A stretch of DNA of 64,000 bases from Heptranchias perlo (Eukaryota). A program made the translations under genes and the position numbers. The stretch is from NCBI RefSeq assembly GCF_035084215.1, contig NC_090361.1:1922001-1986000 (forward strand), given 5' to 3'. The notes beneath the pieces are model-generated. The model was not told the origin of the DNA. It searched no databases and saw only the letters and a list, made by a program, of their open reading frames with translations. Shown in pieces: positions 11,056 to 24,387 of the stretch (positions within the stretch are counted from its first letter, which is position 1; every line of letters begins with the position of its first letter).

Positions 11056-11951
11056 AAGTGTTATTCCCACTGGGTTTCTGTACCTGACATCTTGAGCCAG
11101 GTGGGCTTGGGGAAGCTTCAGTTTCAGTCTGTTCTGAATAATCCAAAACACATCTGAAGCCAACAATTTGTCTCTCTCTTTACAGCTGGTTAATTCAAGC
11201 AGCATCTTATGGCTCAAGGACAGATGTATTTTTTTGCCAGATTGCACCAAACTCCTGTTGGAGATAGAAAAATACAGTCACAAGCCTGAGCTTCAGCACA
11301 GGCCAGGAATTGAACCCACATGATTTATTTCTGCTGGTTGATGGAGTCTCTCCGATGAGGTGGAGTCACACAAGTGTTTTTTGCTAATACTATGTGTCCT
11401 GGGACTGGCTGACTCCCTTTCCCACTACGGGGATGCTGCAGAAGACACACAATACTCACAGCGGCACTGTGTTGCAGAGTCAGTTTCCATTGTAAGTCTG
11501 CAAGATAGAATAAAGTGTTATATAATGTTGGGTCCTCTGAGGTGTAGGTCCCTTGCCTAAACGGGCAGCACTTGAACTTCCCAGTCGCACTTGATGGGAC
11601 TAGCCAGGCCACTGAGTGGAATTCATCCCTTCATATCACAGCATCCCACTTTTTGTGTTGAAGGAGTCACTCCATCATTACTGTATCAGAGCATCTGACC
11701 CTGGCATGGGGATTGACAGAAGCTATTCAGTCGCATGGCAGTAACTTCTGCTTTGGCTCAGGATACGACACTGCCCACAGAGGAGTGAATGGTTCAGGTT
11801 ATTCCAAAGCTGATTCTAAACCAAGAAATACCCTCCCTCCTCTCCCAAGAAAATGATCCTATTGAAGTGATTGTGTAGCTATAAACAGTATTTCAGCTGC
11901 GAGAATTGTGGACGAGAATATTTAATTTAAATGCTTTGCTCTGCAATTTTG

Positions 11952-11957
11952 AATAAA
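11952..11957 (+). terminator. Candidate S1PR5 poly(A) signal
   Basis: AATAAA followed by a GT/T-rich element; alternative signal at 10745. Confidence 0.4.
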
Positions 11958-12229
11958 GTTTTATTGCTCAACAACAATAGTGTGTTTATTATATGCAGTG
12001 CAATAACGTGGTAGGTAATAGGTGTAGCTACTCACAGCAGAGTGGTATGGCACAGAATGTCACCCAGGAGCTCCCTCTGCAAATGGAGGCCAGCCATTTC
12101 CTACACAGAGAGGGAGGGAATTCTCAGACAGGAAAGGCAGCAGGTGGGACAGCAGAGACTCCATTTAATAAACTGACATGTCTACCAATATAGAATACAT
12201 CTTGGCAAGCTGTTCCACAGAAATTGGTG

Positions 12230-12640
12230 CCCAGTTCTCTTGATGGCTTAGCAGGTCAATGGCCCGTGTTGTGTGATACTAAGATATACAGAACAGAAGA
12301 TCCCAGTCCAATCCTTCATCTCTGCTGAGTTAGCTGATCTTAGAAAGGACATAGTTGGGTGCTATAATTGGCTTCAGCACCCCAGACAAACGAGGAAAAA
12401 ATCATCCAGGATTCCTGCACATCACTATTGAGTGATCCCTCCTGGAAAGTATGTGTGTGTGGATGGAAGGTGAGGACTGGATCAAGGTTGGCTGTGATGT
12501 TCTCTATAGTTAAATAGCCAGCTGAAATTCATTGTCCAGGTTTACACATGAAGAATAATCACTTTAGGAAAGTGCTGGCATCCCTGGAATCAAACCCCAA
12601 CAAAAGCCAACATCTTCAGTCCAGAAGAGGAGTAAACAAG
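12230..12640 (+). mobile_element. tRNA-derived SINE (AmnSINE2-like), near full length
   Basis: TGCTGAGTTAGCTGATCT...GGTGAGGACTGGATC..GGCTGTGATG..AATAGCC..ATGAAGAAT motif chain; 10 or more dispersed copies in the window. Confidence 0.6.
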
Positions 12641-13079
12641 AAAGGAAAAATAAATGAGAGTAAAGGAGAGCAGAAATAATGCAGTCCAGTCCTTGGGCAA
12701 ATGACATTTGCTGCATTGTCACATTAGCATTGTTTTCAGCAGAAGAAGGGGGAACTGACCCAATAAAATATTTTTGCTCTCATTTAAAAAAAGTGAGAGA
12801 GATTCACAGATAACTCACCAACAGGCTGTAACATAAAAGCTCAGTGTGGTGCACTGTATTACTGAATCCTTCCACCCATAACCTGTCCTCCGAATCAAAT
12901 CTATTTCGGAGAACTCTCTGTGTTTCTTCCCTCTGTTGTTTCTTTCATTCTCTGTCTCCTATCCCTGCTCTGCAATGCATTTCCTCTACAGGATCAATAC
13001 CCTTACAAAGTGAACTACTCAGAATGCTGAGTGAATGCCAACTGTCATAACTCTATCCCTGCTTTCTGCTTCATATCAA

Positions 13080-13520
13080 GAAAGAACTTGCATTTATATA
13101 GCACCTTTCATGATCTCAGGACATCCCAAAGTGCTTCAAAGCCAATTAAGTATTTTTTGAAGTGCAGTCACTGGAGTCACAATTATAATTTGGCAGCCAG
13201 GACCCACAAAAAGCAATGAGATAAATGACCAGATCATCTGTTTATAGTGAAGTTCCTTGAGGAATAAATATTAGCCAGGATACTGGGGTAAATCCCCTAC
13301 TCTTCTTCGAAACGTATCATGGGATCTTTTACATTCACCTGATCGCACAGACAGGGCCTTGGCTAAACACGCTATCCGAAAGACGGTACCTCTGATATTG
13401 CAGAACTCCCTCAGTACTGCACTGAAGTGTCAGCCCAGCTGATGTACCAAAGTCTTGCGAGTGGGGCTAGAACCCACAATCTTCTGACAAGAGTCAGAGT
13501 ACTACTACTGAGCCAAGGCT
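13080..13520 (-). mobile_element. DeuSINE copy
   Basis: Reverse complement of the Deu core (CTCCCTCAGTACTGCACTGAAGTGTCAGCC). Confidence 0.7.
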
Positions 13521-14549
13521 GACAATTATTAATGGTAACCGCCGCACTGCTTGCTGAGTGTAGTCACATTGCAAATTCAAAGATCTCCTCTGGTCAATAT
13601 TTGTAACAAACTGATAAACACTTTCTTTTTGAACACATTTACAGTGTTGCTACACATAGTGGGTAGAGCACTCCCCCCTGTGCTAAGCATGTCAATAAGA
13701 GATACTGTAAATCAGAAACTATTAACATAAATAATATTTTGCACAGACCAAGGTTGCCAGCATTTTTCCACAGAATTAATTTTGCTGAGAGACATTTATT
13801 TCATCTGAGACAAATGCTTTACAGCAGCACATTTTAAATCATTGTATTTTTAAACACATCCTGACCATCATCCGTTGGTATTTCACATGTCAGCTCTGCC
13901 TCTTTTACGTTCAAGAGCAAGAAACACAAGCTTTTGAAGATTCTAGACGAGATTTCTAATTCATCTTTTCCCACTAATATGCAGAACTAATCTGGAAGAA
14001 CTGAATCTTGGCAGCAGCTGTATCTCAACCACAGCTCCATAATTCTAAATGCTCATAGAATAACAAGAGCACCAATAGCAAACAGCAGGTTTGTCAGGAA
14101 CTCAAAGTATCCAGAGATTTACTGTCAAATAAACTTGTGATATTTGGGTTCTGTTCAAATATAGGAAAATGTATTTACCTACAAACGTTTCCTGATTTAC
14201 AACAACATGCAAACTACTGAACCAGACACAGGGCGGACACCTGTCATTATTCTTGCCAGTTTTTGGGTGGCTGCGCAGATATGGAGGTGACTGGAGAGGG
14301 CGAGTTTTTTTGTGTATCTGTTTCAGCTTTGAAGTTGAGGGATTGACATCACCAGTGAACGGCTTTGTTCTGCATCAAAGATACTTACTCTGCCAAGGAA
14401 AAGTAATCATCCACTTATATTCTTATTGCCTTAAGTCAAGTATCATTTAAAAAGCCACAGCAGTATATAACCAAGCAGTAATGAAACTAATATGTGACCC
14501 ATCTCAAATTAACATTGCCACGGTGCAGTAAATCCCTCACAGTCCTCCT

Positions 14550-14870
14550 CCCAGATGTTTCAGTGGGTTAATGCACGCCGTGGTGTGGCACTGAGCCATA
14601 CAGACCAGAAGGACCATAATGAATCGTTGTCTGTATTGAGTTAGCTAATCCCAGCTGAACAACATTAGCCTCTGCGCCCTGGGGTAAGAAGAGGGAAAGT
14701 TAATCAGAATTGCCACTCCTGATCATTATGCAGTGACCCATGCTCGTATGGTCTAATGGCCCAATAGATCATACCCTTGAGTATGGTCACTTTGGTGGAA
14801 AAGCAGAGGGTTACAAACCCCCATTCAACTTTACCTCAGTGCGAGTCAGTCTTCAGGACAGGGGGAGTAA
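14550..14870 (+). mobile_element. AmnSINE2-like SINE copy
   Basis: Same motif chain as 12230-12640. Confidence 0.55.
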
Positions 14871-17262
14871 AGAAAGAATGAAAATAAAGAAATCACATGG
14901 GATGATGTAGATCAGTAACCTACTCTATAGGCCTCTATGAGCCTGAGGTACTAAGGAATTCATCATTAGGGAAATCATGGCATGTTCAAGGTACTGCGCT
15001 GCCAGACTGCCCACTGAGCGTTTTCAGACAGCTGAGTTGTAGACATCTCCCAAAACTCCTCTCAGACTGTCCTGCCATAGCTGTCCAGAGACAGGTTAGT
15101 CCAAGCTGCAGACAGCAGCATATCTGCCAAACCACCAGCTTGTGTAATGTTCACTTCATTCATTTCTTTAATGGCAGTTTGAAATTAAACTTAAAGTGGA
15201 AGGTGAAAGAAACATTATGGGCAAATATTCTTAAAGGGTAAGATAACAGAACAAGTATTAGCAAAAATTTTTAAAAGGGAAGACAACTTTTTTTGGTGAG
15301 ACTCCTGCTTTAAAGGGGTTTGTTATTTTCCTCCCATCCACCTTTTTAGTGGTTCCTGATGAATTATAGACAATTTGTGGCAAAACTTTAATAACAGTAC
15401 AACAACAAACTAAACAATGCACTGCAGCAGGACTAGCACAGAGAACAGGAGTGTAACACTGCATTACTGCATCATCACAGAGCCAGAAAAATCAGCCATT
15501 TCTGGAAGCACCAGCAGTATAGATGCAGACAGGCGGCCTGTTGGTATAAGGAATGCAAATGTTGATTAATGTCACAGGCAAGTCAAAACTTTGCAATTCT
15601 ATTAAGGAATAATTGGGGCCTGAGTCAGATTTTTGCAAACTGTTCCATTGACTATTCATATATAAAATCTCCTGTAGCACTAGATGATAGTGGGCAGGCA
15701 CAGTCTCCATTCCAATGTTCTAAAACTTTAATCTGTGCTGGCACACATACTGTGTATTCCCAACATTTTCTGTTTTTATTTCATGCACTCCTTTCATCTC
15801 TGGGATCTCAATTCAAATCCAGCTCTGATTTATTGTGCAAGTCTCCTCTCTCTGCTGGTTGTAAGGGTCCCAAGTTACATAGAATTTTACATCACAGAAA
15901 GAGACCATTCGGCCCAACAGGTCAATGCTGGTGTTTATGTTCCACACAAGCCTCCTCCCACCTTACTTCGTCTCACTCTATCAACATATCCTGCTATTCC
16001 TTTTTCCCTCATGTACTTATCTAGCTTCCCTTTAAATGCATCTATGCTATTTACCTCTTGGTGGGCACAAGACAACAGAACAACACACACAACTCAGTAC
16101 AAATTTCTCAACATTAAATTGTCACTATAGGTCAGAAAGGTCTGGCGAGCATAGGAAGTGGGAATGTGAGACTGCTGCACTCTTCTGAGGTTGGGGTTAA
16201 GGCATATTGCTGGTGCAGAGTAGAGGGGTCTTTACCATGTATCTATGCTCTATCTGACCCGAGCTACTTAATGGAGCAATGAGGATGGAATCATACTCAG
16301 CATCCGACCACTGCTGTGCCTGACTTAGGACTCCTTGATGTAGAAAATTGAGGCAAAAAGTGGAAAAAATGTTCCATTCCCCAATACTTATATCCCTTGT
16401 ATTAAGGAGTACAAATCTCACCCACAAACATATCTGCTCCTTTTGCCTGAGGGAATTTAAATTAGAATTCTCACATTACTACGGTCAGGCTTGTACTCTG
16501 TAAGCTTGTGCTGGAATAGGAAAGCGGATCTTGATCACAGTTTCTGAAGAACTCATATCGAATGTTAGTCAAAGCGGTTAGGGTGGAGGACTAAATGAGT
16601 TATTTTAAAGATAATTTTAACCTTATAATAAACTGACTGTTACGGGCGCTGGATAAGCCAGACCACTTAGAGCTGGTACGAGTTACTGCTAAGTAAAGAG
16701 TTTTATAATTGAGTGAAATATTACTACCCTATACTTTATTTTTGGAACAGTGTCACATTTAAGGGAGTGTGGCTAACTATCTCATGCTTCAGCGCTGCAG
16801 GCTGGCGGTTTCTTCACTGTTCTGCTTTATATTCAGCAGAAGTATAAACTTGCGTCTGTGGCATCACAACAACAACTCAAAGTTAACCTGGATCCAAGCT
16901 GACTTGAGTAAAGACACCTTAAGGTTATCATTACTGCATGGATGTCATGGCATGGCTGGATCACAGACAGAGCTAAATAACATGGGGGGGATAAAGTGTT
17001 AAACCGCCACTATTTCTAACAGTTCTGTCCTCCATCAGGTGGTGAAACAACATCTAGGCAAGAGTGAGCCTTTTCATGCCCTCAAGTAATGTGCTGTGAC
17101 CAGCCAGTAAGGGATTGTTGAAGCCAATAGTGGCCCAACACTCTCAGTTGAGTACTACAGCCGGCCTCAGTGCCCCTGGGCTAGGGAGGAGAAACATTAA
17201 CCTGAGTTCCCGCTGGTGAGAGTTTTCCAGTGACACCTACTGGGAAGTCCATACATGTGGAT

Positions 17263-17572
17263 TTTTAAAAATTTCAATATATACTTTATTTCATAGAATT
17301 TAAGGATACACACAGTTCAATGTAAATATCATAATTCAAAACCAGTACAATTCAAACCAAAACACTACAGATCGGACACAAAGCGATCTCATTCTTACAA
17401 TTCAAACACAATATTTATTATGACTCATGGTGTACGTTACAAGGTGGGGTGGCCTTACACGGAGGCCTTTCCCCATAGAGCCTTTGCGTAGGCCGCACCT
17501 CGCTTCAGTGTGTCCCGCAGCACATTCTCCTGAACCTTGGAGTGTGCCAGTGGGCAACACTCGGTCATGGAT
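17263..17572 (-). mobile_element. 5'-truncated L1/Tx1-clade LINE nested in a SINE
   Basis: Encodes LAHSKVQENVLRDTLKRGAAYAKALWGKASV, homologous to 20.8 kb; 12-bp TSD ATACATGTGGAT at 17251-17262 and 17573-17584. Confidence 0.8.
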
Positions 17573-17849
17573 ATACATGTGGATATTGGATAAGTACAGG
17601 ATTGGGTCCTGCTGCAATGTGCTGCACAATCAATTTCACTGTCTAGACTTATATGTGAAGAAGACTCAGTTGTGAAGATGGCCAACACCTATGGAACTGT
17701 AAACCAGCAGGAGTCAGTGCCATCAAGGAGGGAGAGGCAAAATAAAAAGAAATTTGAAAAGAAATCACTTAATACTAATGTACTAAAAACAGCAGATATA
17801 AATCATTAAAGTTCAGCAGGGGAGACCCCTGGTGGTTTGAAATGAGAAC

Positions 17850-18370
17850 AACATACATTTATAAAGCACCTTTAACATAGAAAAATATCCCAAGGAGCTT
17901 CACAGAGGTGTAAGGGGATAAAAAAGATACCAAGCGAAAGAAGGAGATACGAGGATGACCAAAAGGTTGGTCAAAGAGGTGGGAGATGGGAGAGGAACTA
18001 AAGCAAGATAGGGGTTCAGGACTAGGGGGGGGGTAGAGGAAGCCTGTTTGATGAGCAAGGGGAAGGGGGAAGCAGTAGAGGCAGCTGAACAGATGGTGTA
18101 TATCTCGGTGACAAAGAACTCCATGATTTCCTTGCACTTGTTGTTAGAGGTGAGGCTAGGGCAGAAGTGGCAGTTGGTAGTGGAGAAAAGAAGCTGGGGC
18201 TTATCTTTGCTCTTCAGGATGATTCTATAGTGCGTGGTTTTGGCAGAGGAGAGTGAGGCCTGGCCCAGCCAGATCTGGGGTTGGATGACTAATCCAGTTA
18301 AGTGCCGGATATGTTCAAATCTCCGTCCCTTAGGAATGAACAGGATGAGAGACAGTGAAAGCTTTGCTCA
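17850..18370 (-). mobile_element. Degenerate L2 LINE 3' end
   Basis: ..VKLLGIFFYVKGAL L2-type tail; homologous to 56.9-57.2 kb. Confidence 0.55.
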
Positions 18371-20487
18371 GGACAAAGGCTTTAGAGGTGGAGACAGTTG
18401 TTTATTGGTTGTCTCATTACTTTTGCTCTCTTTCTATTCAGTTTAAATATTGGGAGAACAAACTCCCCAATGACTCAGAAGGTAAATCGCTATGTGGTGT
18501 GTTACTGAACTATACAGACCAGGAAGGGCTATTACCCTATCTAATTTGGGATGGCAGTGTGGCCACCACAATTGGCACCAGTGCTCCTGGGCTAGGAAGG
18601 GAGGAAAAAAATGATCAGCCAGTGTTCCATTATTGATCAACATTATTCAAGCCAATTCTTGCTGGTTTAAGGGCTAGTATGTAATGATCCTGCTCTATAC
18701 TTAAATGGCATCCTCCCATTACTTGTATCTGTCACTCCTTTGTGTCTCTCTCCAGGCCCAGCTTCAATATCCTGTCCAGGTAAAAATGATGCTGCTCTGT
18801 GCTTAATGATAGAGAAAACTTGCACATATATAACACCTTATCATCCCAAAGCACTTCACCACAAATGCATTACTTCTTAAGTGCAGTCACTTGTTGTGTA
18901 AGCAAAAGTGGCATCCATTTTTATACACAAGGTTCCACAAACAGCAAATCAATAAATGTATGACAAAATGATCGGTTTTTGATGATGTTTGTTGAGGGAT
19001 AAATGTTGGCTAGATTATTGGGAGAACTCCCTGCTTTTCTTCGAATAGTGCAATAGGATCTTTTACCTCCAGCATTCCAGCACTCTTACATATTTTAAGA
19101 CCCTCAACCACCAACAAAACAGATTAACTGGTCATTTATCTCAATGCTGTTTGTGGGACCTTGTTGTGCACAAATTGGCTGCTGCATCTGCTTACATAAC
19201 AACAGCGACTACACTTTAAAAGTACTTAATTGGCTGTGAAGCGCTTTGGGATGTCCTGAGGACCTGAAAGGCGCTATATAATTACAAGTTCTTTCTTTTA
19301 ACTTATCAAGGAGATTCATAATATAAATTGTAGGAGTATGCACACATCCAAAACCTGAAGGGAATTATTGGTTACATGAAACCACATCACTAAACCGAGG
19401 GGTGGCTGTTTATGAGACACAGCCTACAGATTACTGTCAAGATCCTTCTATCATAGCCTTCAGTGAATAACATTTAAAATACTGGAAATCGTTTCACCTA
19501 TTGTGATGATGCCTTTAGTTTGTATTTTCAGACATCAATGGCAATAGGTTCTATTATATTGTCCACTGATATCAATTAGTGACAAACAATGTTTGGGTCC
19601 TAGGAAGCAAAATATGGCGTGATACATCTAAGTATATAGTGTCATCCCTGCACCAAATGACACACTTAGAGAATTTTGTCCTGAGGTTAAACTATCTAAA
19701 CAGCACACTGGCCTGTGACTGCGTGGGCTGTTTGCGTAAACTTTTAATATATATATATATATATTTGGATATAGTACTTAAATTGGAGCTAGAGCCTTAT
19801 TAAATGGACAAAGTTTCCATATTGGGGAAATTTTGGACAGATTCAGTTTCTGGAAAAATCCACTTTTACAGATTATGTACATGGTCCCATGTTGTTGCCA
19901 GAGTAAAATGACTCTGCAGCAAATGCAGCATTTCAACAATGGATGATCTTCACCCAAATGATGTAAGTAGTGCAGATGAAATTGCATTTATTAGAACAGC
20001 AGCTTCTAGGGGCAGACACAATCAATGATACAATGACATCACTGGGTCTCTGAAAACGTGCCTTGGAGGAACAATGACATGGCATTAAGACCACATGATG
20101 GCAATATTTCCCACAGCACAGAGGATGAGAAGGTGTGGGATGTAGAGGTGGCTATGTCCACACTTGACAATCTGCTGACATGAAGCACATTAATGGTGAA
20201 CTACATGATGTCCAATCACTGATACCCTGCTTACTGCTTAGATCCTTTGTTTCTCTTTTCCTTGTGTTATTGATCATGGTCAGGTTGAGAGGGCAGATGA
20301 GCAACCTGCTCCCAGGCCTCTGTCAATACCAGTGTGCAACCAGCAACTCCAGGACAACACTCCTGATTTCTCCTCCCTCCCGGAGAGAAAGCACCTGGCT
20401 TCTGTTGCTTTGCGAGCAATTTGGAACACATATTCATGACCAGCACTCTACGATGCAGTACCACCAATGTGTTTTTCCACCTTACTT

Positions 20488-22357
20488 TTTTTTTCAAAAA
20501 ATATACTTTATTCATAAAATTTGCAGCAGTACATACAAAACAGTTGTCATATTACATTCCAAACGTACACAATATAGATTATGTAATTTGCAGGTTACAT
20601 CAAGTGCAGTTCAATGAAACACACTGGACATAATTACAGTTCATGGCACTCTAGGGTGCCTCATTGCATTACACTCAATACAGATTATTGATAACAGGTA
20701 TGTTACAGATTCTTTACAGGTTCATTACAAATTCATTTCAGTTACATCACATCAATTAGAATTTTACATTCTGCCCGAGGGGGTTTTCCCTGATTTCAGC
20801 CCCTCGGTATACAATGGCGGGAAGGCTCTAAACGGTTGCCTTTCCCCACAGAGCCTTTGCGGCGGCCGCACCCATCCTCAGTGCATCCCTCAGCACGTAG
20901 TCCTGGACCTTGGAATGTGCCAGTCTGCAACACTCGATCGAGGACAGCTCCTTGTGCTGGAAGACCAGCAAGTTTCGGGCAGACCAAAGGGCGTCTTTCA
21001 CCGAGTTGATGGTCTTCCAGCAGCAGCTGATGTCCGTCTCAGTGTGCGTCCCCGGGAACAGCCCGTAGAGCACAGAATCCTGTGTTACGGAACTGCTCGG
21101 GACGAACCTGGACAGATACCACTGCATCTCTCTCCAGACCTTCTTTGCAAAGGCACATTATAGAAAGGAGATGGGTGACGGTCTCGTCTCCACCGCAGCC
21201 TCCTCTGGGACAGCGCGCAGTGGCGCTGAGAGTCCGGGAGTGCATGAAGGATCTGACGGGAAGGGCCCTTCTCACCACCAGCCAAGCTAGGTCTTGGTGC
21301 TTGTTTGAAAGCTCTGGCGATGAGGCGTTCTGCCAAATGACATTGACAGTCTGCTCGGGGAACCAACCGACAGGATCCACCATCTCCTTTTCCCGCAGGG
21401 TCTCGAGGACGTTACGTGCGGACCACTTGCTGATCGCCTTGTGGTCAAAGGTGTTTTTCTGCACAAACTTTTCCACGAAGGACAGGTGGGGTGGAACGGT
21501 CCAACTGGACGGAGCGTTCCGTGGCAGCGTGGCCAGGCCCATCCTTCTCAACACCGGGACAGGTAGAACCTCAGCATGTAGTGACATTTTGTGTTTGCGT
21601 ACCGAGGGTCTATGCACAACTTGATGCAGCCGCACACAAAGGTGGCCATCAGGATGAGGGCCACGTTGGGCACGCCTTTCCCCCCTTTTTCTGGAGACTT
21701 GTACATCGTGACCCTGTGGACACGGTCCATTTTTGATCTCCAGATAAAGTGGAAGATGGCTCGGGTGACTGTCGCGGCGCACGAGCGAGGTATGGGCCAG
21801 ACCTGCGCCACGTACAGCAACACCGAGAGCACCTCACACCTGATGACCAGGTTCTTGCCCACGATCGAGAGGGATCGTCGATCCCACAGTCCCAGTTTCT
21901 GCTTAACCTTGGAAATGCGCTCTTCCCAGTTTTTGGTGCACGCCCCGGCCCCCCCGAACCAGATCCCCTGCACCTTCAGGTAATCCGACCTGACGGTGAA
22001 GGGGACAAAGGATTGGTCAGTCCAGTTCCCAAAGAACATGGCCTCGCTCTTGCTACGATTTACCCTGGCCCCCGAGGCCAGTTCGAACTGGTCGCAGATG
22101 CTCATCAATCTGCGGACCGACAGCTGATCCGAGCAAAAGACGGCAACGTCATCCATGTACAGGGAGGCCTTGACCTGAGTGCCTCCGCTGCCTGGGATCG
22201 TCACCCCTCTTATGCCCGCATCCCTCCTGATGGACTCGGCAAAGTGTTCGATGCAACACACGAACAAGACGGAGGAGAGAGGACATCCCTGCCTGACTCC
22301 AGATTTATCGGAAAGCTTTCTGATTCCCACCCGTTGATTGAAACTGCGCTATTGATG
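20488..22357 (-). mobile_element. 5'-truncated L1/Tx1-clade non-LTR retrotransposon (RT to C-terminal zinc finger)
   Basis: GVRQGCPLS and LYMDD RT motifs, CPRGGC..ETVTHL zinc knuckle, frameshifts, AATAAA and poly(A) tail; 14-bp TSD TTTCCACCTTACTT at 20474-20487 and 22358-22371. Confidence 0.92.
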
Positions 22358-23184
22358 TTTCCACCTTACTTCTCTATTAATTTGCTGGTTAAAATAAAAC
22401 TATGACACAAGAGCACATTTTGAAACTCTGATATTAGGCGAAACTTTCAACCTTTGATGTGGGTGTAAAATGTGCGATATCAGATCAATTATACACCCGC
22501 CCGATTTCCCTTTCCATTGATTTAAAGGTTTCGAACACCAAGGTGCAAAGTGTCTCTCTGAATAACCAGGCATGATTAAGAATTGTCCATTGTTTGGGTC
22601 TCTGAGAGAACTTCCCATCTTGCATTGTAATTATCATTCATCTGCCTACCCAACTACAACTCAGCTTGGGGCCGTCTTCGGAAGCTAACTCCTTTTAGGC
22701 AAGCTTTGGCAAAAAAAAAACACATCTTCACACAACTCATGTCCAAACCCTTTGTGTGAAAAAAATGGCCAAATAATCCTGAATTGTGACAGCCTTGGTA
22801 TAAACAGAGCGTACAGCTGGGCGGCAGTAAAACAGAGAAAATAAACTTCAGTCTTCATTCCTTATGAAGCTTATATACTAAAAATGTCTCTTCTCTTTAC
22901 AGATGCTGACTAACCTGCTATATATTTCCAGCTATTTTTGTTTTATTTAAAATAAATTTGAGCTTGGCCATGTAATTATTTTTACACACGTGAGTAGAGT
23001 TTTTTCCAAACAGGTTATTCTGAAAATTCTGCTCCCATATTGTTACTCCAGCATACAGCATCTCCAGAAAGGCTTGTACTGCAGTGGACACTGCACGTGC
23101 TGCAGTTCCATTTTTTACAGTGTGGCTTTTAGCTCAGAGCCCTTGCTAAACCTAAGTCAGAGAAATGAAAATCTGTAGTATCAG

Positions 23185-23470
23185 CTAGGCTCGGTTGGTA
23201 GCGTTCTTGCTTCTGAGTTAGAAGATTGTGGGATCGGTCCGTATTTCAGGATTTAAGCACATAACCTGGGCTGGCAGGCGTGCTGCTTTACCAGAGGTGA
23301 TGTTCTTGCACCCTGTATATCTGTTCAGGTGGATGTTAAAGATCCCATGTCACTGTTTGAAGAAAAGTAAGGAATTCTCTTGGCCAACATTGCTCTTTCA
23401 ACCAAGACTGCTAAGAAATCAGATTAGCTGGTTATTTTCCTCATTGCTGATTGTGGGACCTTAGTGTCAT
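23185..23470 (+). mobile_element. Degenerate DeuSINE copy
   Basis: GGTAGCGTTCTTGCTTCTGAGT head; CAGGTGGATGTTAAAGATCCCATG. Confidence 0.6.
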
Positions 23471-23889
23471 ATGTCTTCATCAGATTTACTGTCTCTGAAA
23501 TACTGAGATGTTTCTCACTTGGCTACTACACAATCCCTGTCTTTTTATCCAACGCAGTAACATCATTCACACCCTCCTCTTATAAATGAGGTAAATCACT
23601 GAACAAGTCAATTTACCTCAAGAACGATTCCTTTAAATTCTACTTCAAGAAAATATTGACCCGAAGTGCAAAGCAACAAAAGGCTTTATTTATAAAAATT
23701 AAAAATGAACAAATTGTCTTTGCACTTTGGAATACTGCTGCTGTGTAAATTAACTTCTCTCCCCTTTGCAAAGTAGGAATGCAGAGTTTTCTGTTGCAGA
23801 TTGTGGTCGTGGGTTGGAGGCTAATGTGTTAGGCGAAGGTGGGAGGTTGGAGTGCAGCTTAGGCTTTTATTGTGACAACCTGTGCCCAA

Positions 23890-23900
23890 TGCTTAGTCAT
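23890..23900 (-). promoter_or_regulatory. Antioxidant response element (NRF2/sMAF) in putative KEAP1 promoter
   Basis: Minus strand reads ATGACTAAGCA, fitting the RTGACNNNGCA consensus. Confidence 0.55.
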
Positions 23901-24049
23901 GGTGAGTAGCTGCAGAGTGGGACTGAGGACAGGGAGTCAGATTCAGAAGGAAGGGACGCAGACCCGCATACAATCACTTTCCAGCATTCGCCCTAATGCA
24001 ACATTTACTTCCTTGTTCAGAAGAGCTTCTTTCTGTTTTCAAAGCTGTG

Positions 24050-24387
24050 CTTTGGTTGTAGCTGTTTTCGATACTTGCCTCACGACTCTGTCCTTCCGGC
24101 GGCGGCTTCTAATCGAGCCCCAGGCTTTCTCCTGGCCTCTCAAAAAAAAAATTCAATTTCTCGGCTTTTGATCTTTGAAATATATTAAAAAATTGCAGGC
24201 CTAGCTGGAATCAGCGGGGACGGCGGCTGGAGTGAATGGGAAGCTGAGCTGTGCCCTGCCACAGGCTGGTATAGTACTACTGACTGAGCTGTGCTTTTGG
24301 GACTATTGTATGCAGCGAGACAGCATAGTACCAGTTTGGATAGTTAACTTCTTACAATGACCTTTCCTAGTCTATTTTTCTCTACAG
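24050..24387 (+). other. Putative KEAP1 non-coding exon 1
   Basis: Local CpG enrichment; donor CAG|GTAAAT at 24388; candidate acceptors end at 25311 and 25706; the start is uncertain. Confidence 0.4.
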
